Shown here: positions 21,126 to 30,690 of the stretch, in pieces
Position numbering within the stretch: position 1 is the stretch's first letter
Layout: each line of letters begins with the position of its first letter
NCBI GenBank assembly: GCA_964617845.1
Contig: CAZUAR010000026.1
Span: 42,821-106,820 of the forward strand
Reading direction: 5' to 3'
Source of the DNA: an uncultured Kofleriaceae bacterium
GTDB lineage: Bacteria; Myxococcota_A; Polyangia; Haliangiales; Haliangiaceae
Length of the DNA: 64,000 nucleotides
Position numbers and translations under genes: made by a program
The notes under the pieces: generated by a model
Databases searched by the model: none
What the model saw: the letters and a program-made list of their open reading frames with translations, nothing else
Told to the model about the DNA's origin: nothing

Positions 21126-24100
21126 CTAGAACTGCGTGCCGTACCCCGGCTTGCCGCGCTCCAGCAGGTTCTTCGCCTGATAGACCTGGCTCATCCAGAT
21201 GTCGTGCCACTTGCCCTTCGCGACCTGCTCGAGCAGCGCGTCGCCCTCGGCGGTGCGGCCGAGCGCGATCAGCGCCTGCGCCTTGCGGACGCGTGGCGTC
21301 GGGTTGGTCTGATCGATCACGATCGCTTGCTGCCAGTAGTCGAGCGCCTCGGCGACCTTGCCCTGCGCCTCGAACGACTGGGCGACGGTCATGTAGCCCG
21401 CGCCGCTCATCGGATCGCGCTCGATCACGCCGGAGAGCTGGCGCCACGCTTCGGCCTTGTTGCCGACCGCGAGCTGCAGCTCGCCGAGGATGCGATCGAT
21501 GTCGGTGTTGCCCGGATCGATCGCGCGCCACTTGGCACCCCAGATCATCGCGCGCTCGGTCGCGGCGACGCGCGCCGCGCCCGTGGACTCCATGGCGAGC
21601 TGCTTCGCGGTCGCGATGATCTGCGCCAGCTCGCCGCGCACCGTCGAGATCGAGACCGCCTCGTCGGCGGCGGCGGTCTGCGCGGCCTCGAGGTGCGCGA
21701 GCGCCTTGGCGGTGTGCCGCTGTTGCTGCGCGAACTGCGCCGCCAGCTTGTGGAGCGCGGCCGTGTGGTGGGTCTTGACCAGCTCGTCGACGAGGGCCTC
21801 GGCGAGCTGCGCCATGCCCCGCGCGAGCGCGAAGTTGGCGACGTCGACCTTGCGTTCGATGTCGTCGCCGGCGAGCTCGACCGCGCGCGCGAACACGGCG
21901 TTCGCGTCGGCGGGCTGCGACTGGACCTGCGCGGCGAGCGCCATCACGTGCTCGAAGCTTCCACCCGCGAGGACGCGGTCGCGCCAGCGCCCCCACAAGA
22001 GCTGCCAGCCCGCGTTCCCGCGGCGCGACTGCTGGATCGCGTAGGCGCCGTTGCCGAGGAACGGGGGAGCGGCGGTGAGATCGAGGTCGTCGATCATGAG
22101 CGCGATCATCTCGGCCGCCTGCTCGTATGCGCCGCGGTTGTACAGCGCGGTCGCGGCGTTCGAGCGCGCGACGTTCTTGAGGCGCCCGACGGCGACCGTG
22201 TTCCACGCCCGCGCGATGTCCGCGGGCTTGAGGTCGTAGCGGTTGCTCGTCATCGCCGCGCCGAGGATGCGGAACTGGAGCGCGCGCGTACCGAACGCGA
22301 CGATCTTGTCGACGGCGGCGGCGCTCTTCGACGCCGCGAACAGCGCGGTGACCTCGCGGTGCTGCCACAGCGCGCCGAGCACGCCGGTAGTGACCTGTGG
22401 CTTCATGCGCTCCGGGCGGGGGCTCTTGCCGTACGCGCGACCCGCGATCAGGTAGCGCGCGACCGGCGCGCCGGCGTGCGGTGCGAGCGCCTCCGCGAAC
22501 TGCTTGTCCGTCGATGACGTCGCGATGCCGCCGCTCGCGAGCACGATGTCTCCGATCTCGACGCCGCCGTTCTGGCGCAGCGCCTCGTAGATCGCGAACT
22601 GCGTCGCGCGGTCGCCCGTCGCAGCCACGCTCGCCAGGTGCTGGCGCTGCGCGCGCCGCCACGGCTCGCTGCCCGCGGTCTCCTTCTTCACGCGCTCCGC
22701 CCAGTAGGCGGGCATCCGCGTCGGCAGCTCGACGACGGTGCGCTGCGCCGCCGCCGCGCCATGCGCCCATGCGACCGAGTCGTCGATCGCCTGGCCGGTG
22801 AAGCCGACCGCCACGGCGTTACCCTGCATCTGCGCCGCGATCGGACCGATCGGGCCCCACGTCACGGACAGCAGCGTGTTCCCCTCGCCGTCGCGGATCG
22901 CGACGAGGTGATGGTTCGCGTCGAGCTCGAGCTCGAGCACGACGCTCGCCTTGCCGCTCGCGTACGACGACAGCGTGATGGTGCGCGGGCCCTTCGTCTT
23001 CACCTCGAACCAGCGCGCGTAGTGCGACGGGTCGGCGATCCAGATCGGGAGGTACGCGAACGCGAGCGCGATGTCGTCGCTCGTGATCGGCCGCGTGACG
23101 TCGAGGCCGAGCTCCGCGTAGCGCCGCGTGAACGTCGCGCCGTCGAACGACGCGGTCTCGAGGAGGTCCGCGTCCGTCGTGCGGCGCCACCCGAAGCGGC
23201 CCGACGAATCGACGCCGATCTCGAGCTCGCCCCAGCGATACACGCCGCTCGGCAGCGCGCCGCGTGCCTTCTCGAGCAGCGCCTTGGCGGCGGGCTCGAT
23301 CGGATGCACGAGCGCCGCCGCGGACTCCTCGAATTGCGAGCGCCAGAAGTCGCTCGCGTCGGGGAACAGCGCCGGGACGAACGCGCTGAGGTCGTCGAAC
23401 GCCATGTCGGACGGGTACGTGAACCGCTGCGGCATCATCGGTCCCGCCAGCGCGCTCTCGCCGCCGATGTTTTTGTCGAACGCCCAGCGCGTCGCGCCGG
23501 TCTTGAGCTCCTCCGTCGTGAGGCGCACGCGGCGCTCGCCGCTCTCGAGCGGAGTGTCGATGTTCGCGCGCACGGATTGCTCCGCGCGATCGACCTTGCG
23601 CGCCTTCGCGATCGCGCCGCGGAAGTTCTGCTCCTCGTCACCGTCGTCGAGAGGAATCGTGACGGCCTCCGCGATCGGCTGCTGCACCTGGAGGTCGAGC
23701 TGGCGCCGCGTCCGCGCGCCCGCAACGCGTCCGCCGCCACCCGCTCCGCGTCCGAAGCCCGCGCCCGAGCCGTGGCCGATGGTGCCGAAGCGGCCCGCGC
23801 CGAGCGTGATGCTGTTGTCGAGCCCGCCCCAGCCGCCGACGTCGCCGTTCGCGAATCCACCCGTGAAGTCCATGTTCGCGTACGAGTAGAAGATCTGCAG
23901 CGGCATGCGGAACAGCTCCGCGTCGTCGGTGACGTCGACCGGCTTGGTCTGCGCCATCGTGACGATCGGGATCGTCGCGGGCATCGCGTACGGCGCCCAC
24001 GTGTCGCCCTGCCCCTTGCGCACGCCGTACTTCGCGTACATCGCGTCGTTCTCGAGGACGATCAGCGACGTGTGCCGCGAGAGCAGGAAGTACTGCTTGC

Positions 24101-26438
24101 CGAGCTCGACGACCTCCTTGCGGATCGCCTCGTCGCGCTCGTTGCGCACTTGCTCCTCGGTCTTGCAGACCGCGGCGCCGGACGTGGCCGTCTCCGCGCA
24201 CGGCGGAGCGACGACCGGTTCGTGCTTCGCGAGCAAGCGCGCCGCGACGTGGCGGTGTGCCCACAGTCGCGGGAGGTAGCCCGCGTGCGCCGTGCCCGCA
24301 TCGAGCGCGATGCGCTGCTTCCACGCGGCACCGTTCGCGATGCCCGTGAGCTCGAGCGCCGCGGGCGTGCCGTCACCGGCGAGCTTCGCGACGAGCTCGA
24401 TCTCCTCGCCGTCGGTGATCTGCGGCGAGCGCAGGTACGACGTCGAAGGCACGAGCTGGCCGTTCGCGTCGACGAGCCGCGCTTCGATGCCGGTCGCGCG
24501 CGAGGTGTGAAGCGCGGCGACGAGGTCGAACGCACGCCAGCCGAGGTCGTCGGCGAGGTCCACCGTCGTCGTGTAGCCGCCGGTCGCGGCCGCGAGCGCT
24601 TCGAGCGTCTGCGTGTCCGCGCCATCGCCGACGCCGACACCGACGAAGTGCGCCTTGCCGGCGAGCTGCGTGCGCAGCGCGTCGAGCTTGCGCGTACCGC
24701 TCGTGACCACGCCGTCGCCGAGGTAGACGATCATCGCGTCGTCGGGGTTCGTCCCCGCGAGCAGCTTGGTCGCCGCGTCGAGCGCGACCGCGAAGTCCGT
24801 CGCACCGACGTCGCCCTCGCCCGCGAGGGCCTCGCGCAGCTTTTGGCGATCGATATCGAGCACGCGCGTCGGCGCGAGCTTCTGTCGCGCGGTGACATCG
24901 AACGCGATCACCGCGAGCTTGTCCTCCTCGTCGAGCTCGCGAACGAACGCGTCGACGAGGTCCTGCTGCGCGCGCCGCTCCATCGAGCCGCGCGAGGCGC
25001 TGACGTCGTCGAGGATGACCCACGTGCGGGGACGATACGCGCGCGCCTCCTTCGACAGCTCCGCCGGCGAGCGGACCATCAGGTAGCGAGCGCCGTCGAC
25101 GGTCTCGTGGACCACGGACGGCTTCTGCCGCGCGTCGCGCACCCGGAGCACGAGCGAATCGCCGATCGTGTCACCGTTCTTCCGGTACGTGACCTTCGCG
25201 TCCTCGCCCTTGCGCTCGACGGAGATCGGGTGACTCGTCGACGTGATCTCGCAGTTCGCGCAGCCCTTGATCGAGACATCGAACGCGACCTCGCCGACCG
25301 GCGCATCGATCTCCGGCAGCGGGACCGTGAGCGACCAGTCGCCGTACAGCTTCGCGATGCTCTGCGTGTACGCGAGCATCAAGCGCTTCTCCTGCCGCGC
25401 GGGCAACGGATAGACGCGCAGCGAGACCTTGCCCGTGCCTTCCCACTCGAGCAGCGCCGGATCGACGCGGCGATACACGAGCTCCTCGTAGATGCGGCGC
25501 GCGCGCATGCGCTCGACCACGGCCGACTCGGTCAGCTTGCCGTCGACGTACATCGCGAGGCGCTGGAGCGCGGCGTCCGACGGGATGCCGAACTTGTAGA
25601 CGCCCTCGAGCACGCGGTCCTGTGCGTTGAAGAACGTCTGATCGAGCGCGACGCGCGCGACCTGGTTGTCGATGACGATGTCGACGCCGAGCTTCTTCAG
25701 CGGCAGCGGATACTCCGCGCCGAACACGCCGTTGCGGACGCCCGGATCGCGGGCGAACAGCGTGCCGTTGCGCAGCGGGCGCACGTCGTGCTCCGCGCGC
25801 CGGCGCGCCTGCGCCGCCCACGACACGAGGTGCGAGAGCCGCGGCGCGGGTCCGCGCGTCGGCGGCCGCCCCGGCTCCGCCACGGCTTGCTCGCCCGCGT
25901 GGAGGACGACATCGCCGTCCTTCGTCGCGAGCTTCACCTGACCGCGAACCACCGCGGCCGTCGTGCGCTCGTCGCTGGCGTCGACGAGGAACCGCGTGCC
26001 GAGCACCTGGATCTGGCCGTGCTTCGTCTCGACGACGAAGGTGCCGTTACCGGGCGCGATGTCGAGCAGCGCCGCGCCGTCGACACGAACGCGTCGATCG
26101 GCGAGCACGGTCACCTTCGAGTCGCCCTCGGTGATCCACGAGGATCCATCGGCGAGCTTCGTGACGTTGTCGCTCGTCGTCGCGTCGCCGCCGCCGGCAT
26201 CGTCGCCGACAAACCGCGTGACGATGATCGCGGCCGCCGCGGCAGCCGCGAGGCCCAGGCCGACCGCGCGCAAGCCGCGCATCGGGGACTTCGCCGCGGC
26301 CTCCACGCCGTGCTTCGCGATCAGCTGCGCGCGCATGCGGGCACGCGCGTCGTCGGTGAGCTTCGGCGCTTCACCGCCGGACTCGAGGAGCGTCGAGACG
26401 TTCTGCTCGAGAACATCGTGGGACTTCGATTCGTTCAT
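21126..26438 (-). CDS. giant FecR-type anti-sigma factor fused to VIT + von Willebrand A + TPR domains (about 1770 aa)
   Basis: Cytoplasmic N-terminus (MNESKSHDVLEQ...) is followed by a TM helix (GLGLAAAAAAAIIV) and a FecR-like domain. A VIT-like block follows (YPLPLKKLGVDIVIDNQVARVALDQTFFNAQDRVLEGVYKFGIPSDAALQRLAMYVDGKL), then a vWA domain with MIDAS DVSASRGSM, a long helical region and C-terminal TPRs. The ATG overlaps the sigma-factor stop (ATGA). Start choice within the longer ORF 21126..26828 is inferred. Confidence 0.75.
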   Translation of the reverse strand: MNESKSHDVLEQNVSTLLESGGEAPKLTDDARARMRAQLIAKHGVEAAAKSPMRGLRAVGLGLAAAAAAAIIVTRFVGDDAGGGDATTSDNVTKLADGSSWITEGDSKVTVLADRRVRVDGAALLDIAPGNGTFVVETKHGQIQVLGTRFLVDASDERTTAAVVRGQVKLATKDGDVVLHAGEQAVAEPGRPPTRGPAPRLSHLVSWAAQARRRAEHDVRPLRNGTLFARDPGVRNGVFGAEYPLPLKKLGVDIVIDNQVARVALDQTFFNAQDRVLEGVYKFGIPSDAALQRLAMYVDGKLTESAVVERMRARRIYEELVYRRVDPALLEWEGTGKVSLRVYPLPARQEKRLMLAYTQSIAKLYGDWSLTVPLPEIDAPVGEVAFDVSIKGCANCEITSTSHPISVERKGEDAKVTYRKNGDTIGDSLVLRVRDARQKPSVVHETVDGARYLMVRSPAELSKEARAYRPRTWVILDDVSASRGSMERRAQQDLVDAFVRELDEEDKLAVIAFDVTARQKLAPTRVLDIDRQKLREALAGEGDVGATDFAVALDAATKLLAGTNPDDAMIVYLGDGVVTSGTRKLDALRTQLAGKAHFVGVGVGDGADTQTLEALAAATGGYTTTVDLADDLGWRAFDLVAALHTSRATGIEARLVDANGQLVPSTSYLRSPQITDGEEIELVAKLAGDGTPAALELTGIANGAAWKQRIALDAGTAHAGYLPRLWAHRHVAARLLAKHEPVVAPPCAETATSGAAVCKTEEQVRNERDEAIRKEVVELGKQYFLLSRHTSLIVLENDAMYAKYGVRKGQGDTWAPYAMPATIPIVTMAQTKPVDVTDDAELFRMPLQIFYSYANMDFTGGFANGDVGGWGGLDNSITLGAGRFGTIGHGSGAGFGRGAGGGGRVAGARTRRQLDLQVQQPIAEAVTIPLDDGDEEQNFRGAIAKARKVDRAEQSVRANIDTPLESGERRVRLTTEELKTGATRWAFDKNIGGESALAGPMMPQRFTYPSDMAFDDLSAFVPALFPDASDFWRSQFEESAAALVHPIEPAAKALLEKARGALPSGVYRWGELEIGVDSSGRFGWRRTTDADLLETASFDGATFTRRYAELGLDVTRPITSDDIALAFAYLPIWIADPSHYARWFEVKTKGPRTITLSSYASGKASVVLELELDANHHLVAIRDGEGNTLLSVTWGPIGPIAAQMQGNAVAVGFTGQAIDDSVAWAHGAAAAQRTVVELPTRMPAYWAERVKKETAGSEPWRRAQRQHLASVAATGDRATQFAIYEALRQNGGVEIGDIVLASGGIATSSTDKQFAEALAPHAGAPVARYLIAGRAYGKSPRPERMKPQVTTGVLGALWQHREVTALFAASKSAAAVDKIVAFGTRALQFRILGAAMTSNRYDLKPADIARAWNTVAVGRLKNVARSNAATALYNRGAYEQAAEMIALMIDDLDLTAAPPFLGNGAYAIQQSRRGNAGWQLLWGRWRDRVLAGGSFEHVMALAAQVQSQPADANAVFARAVELAGDDIERKVDVANFALARGMAQLAEALVDELVKTHHTAALHKLAAQFAQQQRHTAKALAHLEAAQTAAADEAVSISTVRGELAQIIATAKQLAMESTGAARVAATERAMIWGAKWRAIDPGNTDIDRILGELQLAVGNKAEAWRQLSGVIERDPMSGAGYMTVAQSFEAQGKVAEALDYWQQAIVIDQTNPTPRVRKAQALIALGRTAEGDALLEQVAKGKWHDIWMSQVYQAKNLLERGKPGYGTQF

Positions 26439-27067
26439 TGCGAAACCTCCGCAAGGTTGGCGGACATGGTCGTCGCCAAGGTGGAAAACGTGTCGCGGAA
26501 CGCTCGTCGCGCGCGGGCGAGGAGCGACTTGGTGGCGTCGACGGAGATGCCGAGCTCGGACGCGAGCGTCTCGAGGGTCTCTCCATCGACGTACTTGCGC
26601 GTGAGCGCCGTCTTGTACTGCTCGGGCAGGTGCGCGATGGCCATGTGGACGAGGTCGCGCGTCTCGGCGCGCTCGAGCACCTCGCCGGGCAGCGGACGCT
26701 CGGCCATCGCGGCGAACGTCTGCGCGAGCGTCGCGTCGATGCGCTCCCACGTCGATTGCAGCTCGTCGCTGCGCTTGTGCGCGCGCAGGTGATCGCGAAT
26801 GACGTTGCGCGAGAGCACGGTCAGCCACGTGCCGACCGATCCGCGATTCGCGTCGTAGTCCGCCTGGCGCGAGAGCGCGATCGTGAACGTCTCCTGGACG
26901 ATGTCCTCGGCCAGGGTGTGGTCGCGACCGACTCGATAGAACACGAACGCGTACAGGCCATCGACGTGGGCGTCGTAGAACCTGCCGATCGCGTCCTTGT
27001 CACCGGCCTTCGCGGCGCGCAGATCGGCGCCGGGGCCTGTTCGAAAGAGGCGGGCGAGAAAGCTCAT
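26435..27067 (-). CDS. ECF (sigma-70 family group 4) RNA polymerase sigma factor
   Basis: Region 2 (FYDAHVDGLYAFVFYRVGRDHTLAEDIVQETF) and region 4 HTH (YKTALTRKYVDGETLETLASELGISVDATKSLLARAR). Start inferred at MSFLARLF (ATG at 27067). Translationally coupled to the downstream anti-sigma gene. Confidence 0.85.
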   Translation of the reverse strand: MSFLARLFRTGPGADLRAAKAGDKDAIGRFYDAHVDGLYAFVFYRVGRDHTLAEDIVQETFTIALSRQADYDANRGSVGTWLTVLSRNVIRDHLRAHKRSDELQSTWERIDATLAQTFAAMAERPLPGEVLERAETRDLVHMAIAHLPEQYKTALTRKYVDGETLETLASELGISVDATKSLLARARRAFRDTFSTLATTMSANLAEVSQ

Positions 27068-27075
27068 GGCGATAG

Positions 27076-28455
27076 GTGTCAGCGCGCCTCCCCGAGGTGT
27101 CGCGCGATGTTGCGAGCACACCGCGAATCGATGGTGCCGAGCAACGTTTTCAGGGGGATACTGGTCGTATTCACGTGCGCCAGGGCTCTCCGATCCCGCT
27201 GACGATCGCCCTCTCGGCCATCGTTCACGTCGCCCTGTTCGGCGCCGCGCACCTCCTGCCCGATCCACCGCACCTCGAGCACGATCCACCGGTCACGATC
27301 GAGCTCGTCCCGCCGCTCCCGGTCGCGCCGAGCACCGAGGAGGCCCCACCGATCGACGTCGTGTTCGTCGATCCACCCGTCGATCCCCCCGTCGATCCGG
27401 CCGTCGATCCGCGCATCGCTTTGCCACCGAACGTCGATCGTGGACCGAGCGCCGAGCCCCCGGCGGCGATCGACGCGACGCGAGGCGATCCGGGCCGGAT
27501 CGATCAGCGCGGCGCATCGACGTCGGAGGCCACCACGGTCGCGATCACCACCCCGGGCCCATCGTCGGATGCGCCGCCGTCGCGCAACCCGTACCTCGAC
27601 ATGCGTCGCGCGCCGAGCCCGCGCGTCGCGGTGCGCGGATGGGACGACCTCGAGCACGTCCCGCGAGGCACCGCGCCCGAGCAGGACATCTCGACCGGTC
27701 AGCTCGCGCCCGACGGTGGTGGCACGCACAAGTCCGATCAGGGTGCGTTCACCGCGAAGGTTGCCAAGGACGGCAGCATCACGCTGAAGGACAAGAAGAA
27801 CTTCCACATTCGCCTGACGCTGCCGTCGGCCAAGGACATCGGCGACATGTTCCAGGCCTGGTACTACGACCCGAACAAGCCGGTCGGCACGCTCGGTCCG
27901 CCGAACATGCCGAAGCGGCAGGCGAACCTGACCCGCGAGGACATCTCGGGCGCCGAGCGTCTCTCCGGCGACGACTCGCCCGTCTACGCCCACGAGAAGG
28001 ATCCGAACCCCGCGTCGGGCGGTGGCATCCCGATCGCAGCCGGCGGCTTCGACATCACGGACGCGTTCATGCGGAGCAACGGCGATGATCCCTATGCGAG
28101 CAAGAAGCTCGCGTTCCTCGACTCGACGCGCGACGAGCGCGTGCGGATCGGCCAGAAGTACAAGCGCGAGCAGCTCGCGCAGGTCGCGCAGATCGTGAAG
28201 AAGAACCTCGCGCGCGTATGGGCGGCGACCGAGGATCCGCAGCTGCGCAAGCAAGCGCTGTTCGAGATGTGGGACGAGTGCGTCGAGACCGGCAGCGCGG
28301 AGGTCGTCGAGGCGGCGGCCACGGCCCGCAAGATGATCATCGGCTTCATTCGCGCGAACTTCCCCGCGGATGGACCGCATCCGTACACGGCGGCGGAGAT
28401 CGCGGCATGCAATCGCGCGAAGCAATCCAAGGCCGCGTTCTCCCCCTATGAATAG
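27076..28455 (+). CDS. proline-rich membrane-anchored hypothetical protein (true start probably near GTG 27175)
   Basis: One TM helix (LTIALSAIVHVALFGAAHLL), a Pro-rich segment with PPVDPPVDPAVDP repeats, then a conserved-looking C-terminal globular part. Divergent from the ECF sigma gene. The annotated ORF start lies only 9 bp from the sigma start, so a downstream start is likelier. Confidence 0.5.
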   Translation: MSARLPEVSRDVASTPRIDGAEQRFQGDTGRIHVRQGSPIPLTIALSAIVHVALFGAAHLLPDPPHLEHDPPVTIELVPPLPVAPSTEEAPPIDVVFVDPPVDPPVDPAVDPRIALPPNVDRGPSAEPPAAIDATRGDPGRIDQRGASTSEATTVAITTPGPSSDAPPSRNPYLDMRRAPSPRVAVRGWDDLEHVPRGTAPEQDISTGQLAPDGGGTHKSDQGAFTAKVAKDGSITLKDKKNFHIRLTLPSAKDIGDMFQAWYYDPNKPVGTLGPPNMPKRQANLTREDISGAERLSGDDSPVYAHEKDPNPASGGGIPIAAGGFDITDAFMRSNGDDPYASKKLAFLDSTRDERVRIGQKYKREQLAQVAQIVKKNLARVWAATEDPQLRKQALFEMWDECVETGSAEVVEAAATARKMIIGFIRANFPADGPHPYTAAEIAACNRAKQSKAAFSPYE

Positions 28456-28571
28456 CCGAATCAGGCCCTCACGCGGCCCTCATTCGTTTGATGACAAAGT
28501 ATTTAGCGGTGAAGTCTAGCAGCTGAGCCCCGTCGAACGGGGCTAGCGTAGGGACCTACCAAGGAGACTTC

Positions 28572-30383
28572 ATGCGCAGATGGCTACCCATCCTCGCGGC
28601 GATCTCGCTCGCCGCGCCCGGCACGATCGCGGCGCAGCCGCGCGATCATCGCGATGACAAGAAGGAGCGGCGGATGCCGCCTCCCACCGACGATGGCCCG
28701 CGCGAAGCGCCCCCGCCCCCCAAGGCCGAGGCCTCCGGCACGAAGGCCGGCTACATCTGGGTCACGGGTCGGTGGACCTGGAAGGGCGGCAAGTACGAAT
28801 GGCTGCCCGGGCACTGGGAGCGAGCGCGCGCGAAGAAGACGTGGCGCGAAGGCAAGTGGGAGAAGCGCGGTGATCGCTGGGCGTATGTCGACGGTGCGTG
28901 GGTCGACGCGAATGCACCGACGCCGCCGACGACACCGACCACGCCGCCGCCGGTCGCCAACGATGGACCGCGGGAAGCACCACCGCCGCCGCGCGACGAG
29001 AAGCACGACGCGCGCGCCGGATACGTCTGGGTCGCGGGCGAGTGGGACTGGAAGAACGGCAAGTACGAGTGGATCGCCGGCCACTGGGAGCGCGAGCGCG
29101 CGAACAAGGAGTGGCGCCCGGGACGCTGGGAGCAGCGCGAGGGTCGCTGGCAGCGCACGCCCGGCAACTGGTTCGATCGCTCGGGTCCGCCGCCCGTCGC
29201 GCCGCCCGTCGCGCCGCCCGTCGCCAACGATGGACCGCGCGAAGCGCCGCCGGCGCCGCGCGACGAGAGGCACGAGCCCTCGCGCGCGGGCTACGTCTGG
29301 GTCGCCGGCGAGTGGGACTGGAAGAACGGCAAGTACGAGTGGGTCCCGGGCCACTGGGAGCGGGAGCGCGCGAACAAGCAGTGGCGCGCCTCGCGCTGGG
29401 AGCAGCGCGATGGTCGCTGGATGCGAACGCCCGGCGACTGGATCGATCGCGACGGTCGCGACGACGATCGACCGCGCGAAGCACCGCCGCCGATGCGCGA
29501 CGAGAAGCGCGAGCCGTCTCGCGCGGGCTACGTGTGGGTCGCCGGCGAGTGGGACTGGAAGAACGGCAAGTACGAGTGGATCGCCGGCCACTGGGAGCGC
29601 GAGCGCGCGAACAAGGAGTGGCGTCCCGGACGCTGGGAGCAGCGCGATGGCCGCTGGGTGCGCACGCCCGGTGACTGGTTCGATCGCGGTGCCATCGATC
29701 ATCGCCGGCGATCGTGGAAGTTCGAGCGCCCCGTCGTGTCGAACTACTGGCCGGCCAAGGGCAAGCCCGGCGCGAGGGTCGTGATCCGCGGCAAGAACTT
29801 CCCCAAGGACGCGGTCGTCGTCTGGGGCGGCAAGGAGATCCGCGGCGTGAAGGTCGACGACGACCAGCTGCGGTTCGTCGTGCCGAACGACGCGACGAGC
29901 GGCTTGATCTCGGTGCGCGTCGGTCGCGGTCGCGATCTCGCGGTCGGCAACTTCGAGGTCGCGGCGTCGTTCGATGCCGAGGCCGAGCGCCGGCGGATGG
30001 AGGAAGAAGCGCGCAAGAAGGCGGAGGCCGAGTGGGCCGAACGCCGGAAGCAGCTCGCGAAGGACCGCGCGGCGCGTGAAGCCGCCGTGCGCCAGCGCTG
30101 GGAGGAGCGCGCCGCAAACCGCCAGCAGCGCCGGGCCGAGCGCCTCGCGCAGATCCGTGCGAGGTACGCGGCGGCGTTCCTCGCCGACGAGGAGACGCAG
30201 GCCGAGATGAACCTGCACGCGCAGCGCATCGCCGAGCTCGAGCGCATGGCCGACGTCGCCGAGATCAAGGCGGATACCAAGCTGGGCGTGCGCATCGACG
30301 TGCTCCGCCAGCGCGAAGACCAACGTCACGAGGATCGCATGGCAGCGCTCGATGCCGCGTTCCGCGCAGGAGGTGCACGATGA
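28572..30383 (+). CDS. secreted repeat protein: 4-5 WxxGxW-type repeats (YVWVAGEWDWKNGKYEW...), an IPT/TIG-like domain and a C-terminal coiled coil
   Basis: Signal peptide MRRWLPILAAISLAAPGTIAAQP; tandem repeats visible at protein and DNA level; IPT-like block PVVSNYWPAKGKPGARVVIRGKNF...ISVRVG; C-terminal heptad-rich region. Confidence 0.8.
   Translation: MRRWLPILAAISLAAPGTIAAQPRDHRDDKKERRMPPPTDDGPREAPPPPKAEASGTKAGYIWVTGRWTWKGGKYEWLPGHWERARAKKTWREGKWEKRGDRWAYVDGAWVDANAPTPPTTPTTPPPVANDGPREAPPPPRDEKHDARAGYVWVAGEWDWKNGKYEWIAGHWERERANKEWRPGRWEQREGRWQRTPGNWFDRSGPPPVAPPVAPPVANDGPREAPPAPRDERHEPSRAGYVWVAGEWDWKNGKYEWVPGHWERERANKQWRASRWEQRDGRWMRTPGDWIDRDGRDDDRPREAPPPMRDEKREPSRAGYVWVAGEWDWKNGKYEWIAGHWERERANKEWRPGRWEQRDGRWVRTPGDWFDRGAIDHRRRSWKFERPVVSNYWPAKGKPGARVVIRGKNFPKDAVVVWGGKEIRGVKVDDDQLRFVVPNDATSGLISVRVGRGRDLAVGNFEVAASFDAEAERRRMEEEARKKAEAEWAERRKQLAKDRAAREAAVRQRWEERAANRQQRRAERLAQIRARYAAAFLADEETQAEMNLHAQRIAELERMADVAEIKADTKLGVRIDVLRQREDQRHEDRMAALDAAFRAGGAR
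28748..29687 (+). repeat. four tandem copies (period about 240-270 bp, about 85-90% identical) of a coding repeat (consensus TACGTCTGGGTCGCCGGCGAGTGGGACTGGAAGAACGGCAAGTACGAGTGG...)
   Basis: Copies start near 28751, 29025, 29292 and 29532. Read directly from the sequence. Confidence 0.8.
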
Positions 30384-30676
30384 AGGCGAAGGCACTCGTT
30401 CTCGCGCTCTTGTTCGCGGCCGCGTGCGGCAAGTCGACGGAGAAGGGCCCGCCGCTCGATCCGCCGGGCAGCGGAAGCGCCACCGCGGACACCGGCAGCG
30501 GCAGTGGCAGCGGCAGCGCCGCGGGCAGTGGTAGCGACGCCGGAAGCGGCAGCGCCGCCGCCGCCGTCGACGTTCCGACCTCGATGGACTACGAGGAGCT
30601 CGCGAAGGAAGAGATCACCGACAAGACGGTCGAGGCGCGTCTCAAGACGCTCGAGACCGAGCTCGCGCCGCAGTAA
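30380..30676 (+). CDS. small lipoprotein with Gly/Ser-rich linker
   Basis: MKAKALVLALLFAAACGKS lipobox and a GSGS-rich low-complexity segment. Start overlaps the upstream gene stop (ATGA). Confidence 0.55.
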   Translation: MKAKALVLALLFAAACGKSTEKGPPLDPPGSGSATADTGSGSGSGSAAGSGSDAGSGSAAAAVDVPTSMDYEELAKEEITDKTVEARLKTLETELAPQ

Positions 30677-30690
30677 CTCGCACCGATCGC

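Noticed and set aside
22638-26792. 1384-aa + ORF antisense to the anti-sigma gene, and 622-aa minus ORF 20902..22770
   Set aside because: Extreme Arg/Asp/Ala low-complexity. The minus-strand frame 21126..26438 carries recognisable FecR/VIT/vWA/TPR content.
28584-30395. 603-aa minus ORF and + ORFs 28654..29784 and 28898..29674 overlapping the repeat-protein gene
   Set aside because: The tandem DNA repeats create long open frames in several frames. Only the + frame 28572..30383 gives a signal peptide plus coherent WxxGxW/IPT/coiled-coil protein.
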